A DNA stretch of 64,000 nt. It comes from Raillietiella orientalis. Taxonomy: Eukaryota. The translations under genes were made by a program, and so were the position numbers. The stretch lies in NCBI GenBank assembly GCA_036172245.1, contig JAYWIR010000035.1, positions 992,001 through 1,056,000 of the forward strand, read 5' to 3'. The notes below the pieces were generated by a model. The model did not search any database. It saw only the letters and a program-made list of their open reading frames with translations, and had not been told where the DNA came from. Below, one piece after another: positions 56,283 through 64,000 of the stretch (the stretch's first letter is position 1; each line of letters starts with the position of its first letter).

Positions 56283-57639
56283 AGGGAATTCGAGAAGCTG
56301 CAAAGGAAAACACTGTGGGGCCACTATCGCCCAAGAGTACGTTTAAAACCCCTGTGTCGTCCCAGGGAGGAAGGAGGCTCCGGGATGAAGTCGCTTGCAC
56401 ATTCCATGGAAATCATGGATACGCGACACATCCTGGATATCGCCACCCATTGGGATGATTGGCCATATGCGGCGCATAGGGCCTACGCGTTGTTGCTTAA
56501 CAACTCGAAAGGCCTGATGACTGCGCTGCTAGGCCGAGCAGGGGAATGGATCAACATCGACCCGACCTGGAGGAGAAAGCAACGGCTGGTGCGTAAGCAC
56601 AAGATGAAAATCGTGCCGAGAAGCAGGGAACTCTGGCAGGAGGAATCCATCCTGGTGATCCCCTGGATGCTTCCGGTCCCTCCGGACACGCGAAGCTGGA
56701 TCTACCAGCGGCCCAGAGTTACCCTGCAACGAATTCAGGAGTGGCGTCGAGGAGGCTACCTACATCACTCGCGTGTACTCCGGTACATAGAGATGATGCT
56801 AGGGAGGTTTACCCACCAGACCCGCGAGGTGTGGATCAACCACAACGACTTCGCGTGGTCCAGAGTAACCAGAATGAACCTCCGAAGATTGATCAAAGAA
56901 GAGGACCGCGACACCAGTGCCCTCCAAGAAGCCGCCGATCGCTACGGGAGTGACCGGATCAACCTGTTGGCGATCGGCACGACGCTCTGGAGGAGTGACC
57001 TTCCGCCGGACACCCAGGACAACCTCCTGATGTTCTACCATGGAGGAATCCTGACGGGGTCCAGACTACAGCACTTCACGAGAAGAAGGGAAGACAGAGA
57101 CTGCACGGCGTGTGGTGACACCGATACAAGACTCCACATCTTGACGTGTCCCACACTGCTTCACGACTGGCTGATCCTGAAAAGGATCATCGGACGGACC
57201 ACCAGCTCCGTAATGGAGATCCTCGCCGGGATGTTTCAGGGAGATGGTAATGTTCCCTATTACAATCCCATGGTGAGGACGACCATCGCCCTCTTCATCA
57301 CCGCCATACTTGTGCGGTGGTGGAAGATGAGGAAAGCCAGGAGAGCCGCACCTCCGATGGAGATCCTCCAAGGACTCCTGAAGAAGGAAATCGGCATCAG
57401 GAACTGAGGAAGAATCCAAGCCTGGACGTACAGATTCATCCTGAAGAGGATCGAGGACGACGCCCGGGAACAAACATCTTGACCCCCACCCTGATAGCAG
57501 AACTCGAGTGAATCCAAGGACTTCAAAGTGAACAGTGGTAAACATTGCGTGAATGAGACTGTGTGCATGAAAATTGTAGTGTGAATGTTATTTTTATAGA
57601 AAATAAATTTACCCCACCCCTTGTGGGACTTGGGGAAAA
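56283..57639 (+). mobile_element. 5'-truncated L1/Tx1-type non-LTR retrotransposon, copy A (ORF2 C-terminal third plus 3' UTR)
   Basis: Collinear with 61997-63351 (EKLQRKTLWG...CTACGDTDTRLHILTC). AATAAA at 57602; flanked by TCAAAGTTCGCACTT at 56255 and 57640. Confidence 0.93.
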
Positions 57640-57890
57640 TCAAAGTTCGCACTTTGACAGGAAGTGTGGGGCATGCAAAAAGTAGTAGACGACAGAATCT
57701 GCGAAATTATAAATTCAAACTTGTATTTAAGGACTTTAAGGACCGCAGCCTTTAAGGACTTGGTCAAAAAGGAGAAGGGCACGAGCAGTATCATAGGCGA
57801 GGAAGGCGACTGAGCCGTGATTATTGCTAGTTGAAAACTTTTCCCAATACCCCGCCAAGGCAGTGAGTAACATCACTGCCGCGGCAATTT

Positions 57891-59674
57891 TTGCGTGCCC
57901 CGAGAGGGCAAGTGCTGAGTAAAAAGACAGTGAGTGCGCAACCAAGGACGTCCCACAGCGACTGCAGCAGCAGAAGCAGCGAAAGGGAGTCCAAGGTGGA
58001 GGACTCGCGATCCTCCCTGGCGGCGGTGCAGCAGCACCCCCCCGTCAAGATGCAAGAGCAGCGGTGGATGGGAGCCACGGAGAAGCCACAGCCCATGGAG
58101 GTGGGGCAATCGTGTGTTTCTTCCGGAGCGACTCCGATGGAAGCGGTGGAGACGACGATGGCGGTGGCGGTGGCGGCGGCGGCGCCCCCAGAGACGGCGG
58201 TCGCCGGAGCGACGGGAGGGCCCGTAGGCCCCACCGTTGCTAGTGACGCGACGCCATCTTGCGCGGTGGCTGCGACCGTGGGGCGGCCACCGGCAGCGTC
58301 GGCAGCTTTTTCCTATGCGGCGGTGGCAGCTGGGACGGCGACCACCCAGCCGCAGAGGAAATTCGGGAAGCCAGAGTCTGGGCCGATACGAGACATCGAC
58401 GAGCCCATAATTAAACTAGGACCGAACGTGAAGACGGTCACGTTCAAGACTAAACTTATAAAAATGAACAACATCAAAGAGGTATACCTGGCTCTCTACA
58501 AACAGCAAGTGGACTTTGACCGCCTGCAGGCGATCGTCCCGAACACCTCGGGATTCACAGTGTACACCGACTGTGAAGAAATAAGGGAATCCCTAATTGA
58601 AAAAGGGATCAACATTTAGGGCAGGTGTCGGCGAAATGCCGTACACCACCCTATTCCTGAGCGGACTCGGGCCGTTCGTCACCCAAAGGGCTGTGTGGAG
58701 GAAACTGTCGCAGTACGGCGAGGTACTGGACAGCAACTTCCACAATATATCGGGAAAGATCTTTTCGGGGGAGGCGACGGTGAAGATGAAGTTGAAGGAG
58801 GAAGCCCAGGTTCCTGGGATGATCTACTTCGACGGGGACGACATGGGAGTCTCTGTTCGATATAGGGCGCAGCCAGTTTTCTGCAACGGCTGCAAAACCT
58901 TTGGACATCGGCAGCGAGTCTGCCCGAGGGCCAAGTGCTTCCGTTGTGGGAAGCAGGGCCACCAGGTGCGGGACTGCAGCATGCCGGAGGTGTGTTCGTT
59001 CTGCAAGTCTCCGGGGCATGCAAAGTGGTGCTGCCCGGAGTTTACAGAACGATGCGGGGTCAATCCCCAGTTAGGACACGGGTGTTGGAGGAGGTAATCA
59101 AACCTCAAAGGGCGATGAAGCAGAGGAAGGCGAAGGAGGCAGCCCCAGTTTCGGCGGACGGCTTCACCACGGTGGGGAGGGGCAGCAAGAGGAGGATGCT
59201 CGTGAAGGAGCAAGAATCCTCTGCTGCGCAGGTCGAGGAGCAGGTTGGCGAGCAGGTTGGCGAGCAGGTTGGCGAGAAGGCCGAAGTAGAGCAGGTTGGC
59301 GAGAAGCAGGGTGTGCCGGAAGGCGAGGTGATGGAAATCACCGAAACCGTTCCGACATCGAAGGAGGCGGTGCAGCTCACCGAGGAGGTGGTGAAGCTTG
59401 CGGAAGAAGTGCAGGGGGAGAAAAGTGAGGTGCAGCAGGAGCAACTCCTGACTCGCATCAATGAAACCCAACAGGGAATCAACACCCTGGTGATCCAAGA
59501 AGAGAGTGAAAAGCTAGAGAACCAGCTTTTCGAAGTGAAAGCGGCGTACTGCGCGAAGGTCTCCCTCGAGACATTGGCACGGAGAGCGATGCCGGGAGTG
59601 AGAAGCCAGCTTCCTCGACGGTGAGACGCGAAAGGTCTCCCCGTCAGAAGAAGCTGAGGAAAGCGAAGCATTAG
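57891..59674 (+). pseudogene. Retrotransposon ORF1 (Tx1/ZCCHC3-like nucleic-acid-binding protein), broken by three apparent frameshifts
   Basis: Segments 57891-58619 (first ATG 58050), 58597-59097 (TLFLSGL..LSQYGEV RRM-like; CNGCKTFGHRQRVC, CFRCGKQGHQVRDC, CSFCKSPGHAKWCC), ~59060-59545 (E-rich) and ~59546-59674 (…RRERSPRQKKLRKAKH*). Confidence 0.85.
59238..59300 (+). repeat. 12-bp coding tandem repeat (GAGCAGGTTGGC x3 plus one further copy; EQVG) in ORF1
   Basis: Units at 59238, 59250, 59262 and 59289. Confidence 0.9.
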
Positions 59675-59689
59675 ACTTCGAACCCTTTC

Positions 59690-62600
59690 ATGTCCTCGTC
59701 GCTAGCGAACGCCAGGAGGCTAAACATCGCCTCCTGGAACATCAATGGATTGACAGACCAAGGCAAAAGGAAGACAATCTTGCGGACCATCGCAAGACAA
59801 GACGTAGTGTGCCTACAGGAAACCCACCGTCTCGGACAACAAAACGCCCAGGAGATGGAACGCCGGTTCAACGGGCAACTGTTTGTCAGCGAGGGACAAA
59901 GGAAGACCATGGGTGTGGCGATCCTCATCAAGAACGAGCTCGTCCACACCCTTCTGGAAACCTTCTGTCCACTCGCTGGAAGGATAATCGGCGTGCGACT
60001 GTCCTGGTCCGACAACGTTCACCTGTTTCTGCTGAACGTGTACGGACCGCACAAGAACAAGCATCGGTGCGCGGAGGCTCTCCACGAGGCACTCCGCCAA
60101 CGTGTAGCACCGAAGGACATGGTCATCGTCGCAGGTGACCTGAATATTCAAGACCACATCAAGTACCGTCAAGACATCAGAGGAAGAGAGGCGTATCGAC
60201 GGTTGTCCGACGACTTCGGACTCGTGTGGCGAACAGCCAGCCACAAACCGATCGATCACGTCCTTCATAGCGTGGAGATCGACAACCGAATCCAGGGTTT
60301 TTGCGACATTCCTCACCTGCTGTCCGATCACCTTTTGGTTGGATTCTCCCTCCGCACGGAAAATCCTCGACGGCGAAAGGCCACTAGGGCGGCGCTCATC
60401 TGCATGCCCGCCTGGTTTGAGATGCTTCCCTGTCACCAGGAGGTGATCGAGGCGATTCTGCGAGACACCACCATCCGCAGAGTCGCCGACTGGGACAGGT
60501 TGAAGCATCGGATCCACCTGTTCTGCAACATGCAGTACTTTTGCAAGCGACTGAGGCAAGAAGCGTACCAGGAGCTCAACATCCAAGACCGCTCCCTCTT
60601 TAAGTACTACGATCAGTACGAGAGTCGGTACGTCTTCAATGATGTGAAAGGGGAGGTCGGCGTGCTGGAAAAAAAGAATCTGGCGACAGACATCTTCTGC
60701 ATCCAGTACGGCGTCCAGAAACGGCAGACGTCGGAAGACATCATGGGAGCATTCCATCAGCACTACGAAGAACACTTCCGACGGCAACACACGTGCAAGT
60801 CTATGCAGAGAACTTTCCTGAGCTACCTCGAGAAGAGGACAAGAGATCTCCAGAGAGACAAACTGGAGAAGTATTTCTCCGAAGATGAGGTGAAAACGGC
60901 TTTTGGGCAACTGCGGAAGGACGTGGCAGCGGGCCCTGATAGTGTACCCATCACGCACTATCAGCGGTACCTGCACGCCTACCTGCGCTTGTTCCATCAG
61001 CTCACCCTCTGCATCCGTGAAGAAGGAAGACTACCCGAGTCCTTCTACGAGAGTCGGATGAGATTGTTGCCGAAAGGAGGCGACCTCACGCAGGTCGCCC
61101 AATGGAGGCCAATCTCCGTCCTAAACTCCGATGCCAAGTGGTTGGCGAAGATCTGGTCCAACCGCTTAGGCAAGGTCATGCCGAAGCTCATCTCTCCGGT
61201 CCAAACATGTGCGATGCCCGGACGCCACATGTTGGACAATGTCAAGTGTGCCCAAGCCACCGTGGGACTCAGCCGGCACGTCGGCAAGGACCTGGTGCTG
61301 GTGTTCACTGACATGGAGAAGGCTTTCGACTCCATCGACCATGGGATGCTGCTGAAGATTCTGGACAAGCTGGGCCTTCCGGAATACTTCAGCACCTTCG
61401 TGAGATTGGTACTCGAGAACCAGTACTGCCGAATCAAGATCAACGGCGAAGACACGACAGCAATCAGGATGGAACGAGGAGTACGCCAGGGCGACTCGCT
61501 AAGTCCTATGCTGTTCGTTATTTACATGGAGGCGCTGTCCTCGTACATCGAGAAGAGTGGACGCCTCCAAGGCATCCAGATCGACGACCAGCGGCTCACC
61601 CACCTGGCGTACGCTGATGACCTTCTCTTCTTCATCAAAGGAGAACGAAATCAGCGTGCGTTCCTGGAAGTGGTGACGCTCATGGAAGAAGGACTAGGAT
61701 TAAAGATCAATGCAAGGAAAAGCCAACTTTTGCCCGTCGGAATCCTGGGCCTCTCCGTCCTCACGGGGAGAGGATTCCGAACGGTGGACACAGCCAAATA
61801 CCTGGGAGTCTACATTGGCGACGGCTCTGAGTCGAAGCTTTTGTGGGATGAAACCCTGGGGAAAACGGCGAAAGAGGCAGCGAAGTACACCCGACAGGAC
61901 CTTGGAATGAAACGCAAGGCCAACCTCTGGAATGGAGTCCTCCTTCCTAAGGTGCTCTTCGGGGCGGCCTTTGCGAGAGTGAAAAGGGACACCTCGAGGG
62001 AGCTGGAAAAACTGCAAAGGAAGACATTATGGGGCAAATATCGCCCAAGAGTTCGTTTGAAACCCCTTTGTCGTCCCAAAGAAGAAGGTGGAACCGGGAT
62101 GAAGTCGCTTGCACACTCCATGGCAATCATGGACACGCGACACATCCTGGATATCGCCGAACAATGGGACGACTGGCCGTACGCGGCGCATAGGGCCTAC
62201 GCGTTGTTGCTTAACAACTCGAAAGGTCTGATGACTGCGCTGCTAGGCCGAGTAGGGGAGTGGATGACCATCGACCCGACCTGGAGGAGGAAACAACTGC
62301 TGGTACGAAAGTACAAGATCAAGATCGTGCCAAGAAGCAGGGAACTCTGGCAACAGGAGTCCATCCTCGTGATCCTTTCGATGCTTCCGGTCCCGGACGA
62401 TACCGGAGGATGGATCTACCGGCGGCACAGAGTTACCTTGCAACGAATCCAGGAATGGAGAAAAGGAGGCCACCTACATCATGTTCGTATACTTCGGTAT
62501 ATCGAGAAGATGCTAGGTAGGTTCACCCACCGGATCCGCGAAGTGTGGATAAACCACGATGACTTTGCGTGGTCCAGGGTAACCAAAACAAACCTCCGAA

Positions 62601-63037
62601 GAATGATAAAGGATCAAGATGAAGACACCAGTACCCTCCAGGAAGCGGTCAATCGACACGGAAGCAACAGGATCAACCTGTTGACGATCGGCACGACCCT
62701 ATGGAGGAGTGACCTTCCGCCGGACAGCCAGGACAACCTCCTGATGTTTTATCACGGAGGAATCCTGAGCGGGTCCAGACTAAAGTACTTCACAAGAAGA
62801 AGAGGAGACGAAGACTGCCCAGCATGTGGAGACACGGATACCAGACTTCACATCCTGACGTGTCCCACATTGCTCCACGACTGGCTGATCCTTGAACGGA
62901 TCATTAGAATCACCACCAGTTCCACGATGGAGATCCTAGCCGGGATGTTTCAGGGAGATGGTAATGTTCCCTGTTACAATCCCATGGTGAGGACGACCAT
63001 TGCCCTCTTCATCACTGCCATTCTGGTGCGGTGGTGA
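59690..63037 (+). CDS. Retrotransposon ORF2: apurinic-like endonuclease, reverse transcriptase and C-terminal Cys finger (1115 aa; probably 1172 aa to TAA 63208 without the premature TGA)
   Basis: APE motifs SWNINGL, CLQETH, NVYGP, AGDLN, IDHVL, SDH. RT motifs GPDS, WRPISVLNSDAK, DMEKAFDSIDH, GVRQGDSLSP, YADD, KYLG. Cys finger CPAC-x8-H-x3-C. Confidence 0.96.
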   Translation: MSSSLANARRLNIASWNINGLTDQGKRKTILRTIARQDVVCLQETHRLGQQNAQEMERRFNGQLFVSEGQRKTMGVAILIKNELVHTLLETFCPLAGRIIGVRLSWSDNVHLFLLNVYGPHKNKHRCAEALHEALRQRVAPKDMVIVAGDLNIQDHIKYRQDIRGREAYRRLSDDFGLVWRTASHKPIDHVLHSVEIDNRIQGFCDIPHLLSDHLLVGFSLRTENPRRRKATRAALICMPAWFEMLPCHQEVIEAILRDTTIRRVADWDRLKHRIHLFCNMQYFCKRLRQEAYQELNIQDRSLFKYYDQYESRYVFNDVKGEVGVLEKKNLATDIFCIQYGVQKRQTSEDIMGAFHQHYEEHFRRQHTCKSMQRTFLSYLEKRTRDLQRDKLEKYFSEDEVKTAFGQLRKDVAAGPDSVPITHYQRYLHAYLRLFHQLTLCIREEGRLPESFYESRMRLLPKGGDLTQVAQWRPISVLNSDAKWLAKIWSNRLGKVMPKLISPVQTCAMPGRHMLDNVKCAQATVGLSRHVGKDLVLVFTDMEKAFDSIDHGMLLKILDKLGLPEYFSTFVRLVLENQYCRIKINGEDTTAIRMERGVRQGDSLSPMLFVIYMEALSSYIEKSGRLQGIQIDDQRLTHLAYADDLLFFIKGERNQRAFLEVVTLMEEGLGLKINARKSQLLPVGILGLSVLTGRGFRTVDTAKYLGVYIGDGSESKLLWDETLGKTAKEAAKYTRQDLGMKRKANLWNGVLLPKVLFGAAFARVKRDTSRELEKLQRKTLWGKYRPRVRLKPLCRPKEEGGTGMKSLAHSMAIMDTRHILDIAEQWDDWPYAAHRAYALLLNNSKGLMTALLGRVGEWMTIDPTWRRKQLLVRKYKIKIVPRSRELWQQESILVILSMLPVPDDTGGWIYRRHRVTLQRIQEWRKGGHLHHVRILRYIEKMLGRFTHRIREVWINHDDFAWSRVTKTNLRRMIKDQDEDTSTLQEAVNRHGSNRINLLTIGTTLWRSDLPPDSQDNLLMFYHGGILSGSRLKYFTRRRGDEDCPACGDTDTRLHILTCPTLLHDWLILERIIRITTSSTMEILAGMFQGDGNVPCYNPMVRTTIALFITAILVRW

Positions 63038-63351
63038 AAGATGAGGAAAGCCAGGAGAGCCGCACCTCCGATGGAGATCCTGCAAGGACTCCTGAAGAAG
63101 GAAATCGGCATAAGAAATTGTGGAAGACGAGCAGCCTGGACGTACAGACTCATCCTTAAGAGGATTGAAGACCACGCCCGGGACCAAACACCCTCATACC
63201 CACCCTAAGTGCAGAACTTCAGTGAATCCCAAGGACTTCCAGTGAATACAGAACAAGTAGTGTATTGTATGAATGTGACTGTAGTGTGAATGATATTAAA
63301 AAAAAAAAAATGAAAATAAATTTATCCCACCCCTTGTGGGACTTGGGAAAA

Positions 63352-63482
63352 TCAAAGTTCGCACTTGCAGCGTGGTTTTGGAACAAGAAGCCAAGAGGGA
63401 TTTCATCTCAGCCTTCCTCTCGACTACATTTATTTTCATCCATGCTTCCCACACTATCACATCCCGAACCCTTCCCGCTAAG
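63352..63482 (+). pseudogene. Right part of a decayed piggyBac-like transposase Cys-rich C-terminus
   Basis: KVRTCSV..., NKKPR..., DYIYFHPCFPHYH.P resemble the RxCxVC...PCFxxYH terminal motif; several frameshifts are needed. Confidence 0.4.
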
Positions 63483-64000
63483 AGCAACTGTTCCGTGGAC
63501 ATCGCTCCCTGTCTTGCATGCGCCTAGTAGGAAATCACATTCACATCGGATTTATTATATTTTGTTTCAGATGAGTAAACGACCAGGTGCAGACTCGAGA
63601 TAAACCCACAGCATGCTACTCAGAATGCAGTATGGCATGAAAAAGGGGTATGTTTTCCACCAAGCAGAACTTTCCTTTCTTTTTCGATTTTTATGGTTAT
63701 TACTCGTTTACTTCTTTCGTGATAAAATTGAGTCGATGGCGGTCTCATTGCATTACTGTACCGAGTAGCAACAATCTGTATATTCTAAGCAACCAAGATC
63801 TTCCCGTGATCAAAAGGCGAATTTTAAAGCCTGTTCTCGAAACACACGAGTTTTACCCCTTTCTTTCTTTCTTTTTTTTTCAATCCGTTCGCCTCGTCAG
63901 AAGCGCCTGGACTGCTGGATGCTTTATTTTGAGCTCTTTGCACGCTCTTGCGTATTTCATCTTCGGTTTCCTGATTATCTTGAGATTAGCGTTCCATATG

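Larger units (their letters stand above)
57660..63351 (+). mobile_element. Near full-length (about 5.7 kb) L1/Tx1-clade non-LTR retrotransposon, copy B
   Basis: 5' UTR, gag-like ORF1 with three CCHC knuckles, ORF2 with APE, RT and Cys finger, 3' UTR with AATAAA at 63315. Flanked by a 15-bp direct repeat at 57640 and 63352; much more GC-rich than the host DNA. Confidence 0.95.

Noticed and set aside
57777..57930. HDV-like ribozyme in the element 5' UTR
   Set aside because: A P1-like pairing exists, but there is no consensus L3/P1.1 or J4/2-P2 arrangement
59813..60997. 394-aa antisense ORF and other minus-strand ORFs over the retroelement
   Set aside because: Shadow ORFs expected from the GC-rich codon usage of ORF1/ORF2; no recognisable motifs
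56255..63366. CRISPR-like or LTR interpretation of the thrice-repeated motif
   Set aside because: Eukaryotic context, kb-scale spacing, only 15-20 bp long, and it flanks an APE-RT element; consistent with a TSD

Overview
AT-rich animal genomic DNA. An ecdysozoan, probably arthropod-like, origin is inferred from an epsilon-type 14-3-3 ending QDVS and an arthropod-like Pkn N-terminus. Five spliced housekeeping genes can be reconstructed by hand: PKN (-, partial, runs off the left edge), medium-chain acyl-CoA dehydrogenase (+), RalGDS-like RGL (-), 14-3-3 epsilon (+) and p24-beta/TMED2 (-). Many of their introns are only 41-55 nt, and two convergent gene pairs are very tightly packed. There is a 301-bp hAT-type MITE and several perfect intronic palindromes. 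The most interesting part is 56.2-63.5 kb. Two diverged copies of a GC-rich L1/Tx1-type non-LTR retrotransposon (one 5'-truncated, one near full length) sit head-to-tail at the same site, delimited by three copies of TCAAAGTTCGCACTT. Both 5' junctions carry extra bases that are the reverse complement of the upstream target (a snap-back hairpin). The rejoined empty site resembles the decayed C-terminal Cys-rich region of a piggyBac-like transposase. Together this suggests a sequence-specific retrotransposon that targets a DNA transposon. All calls come from manual reading; no database searches were run.
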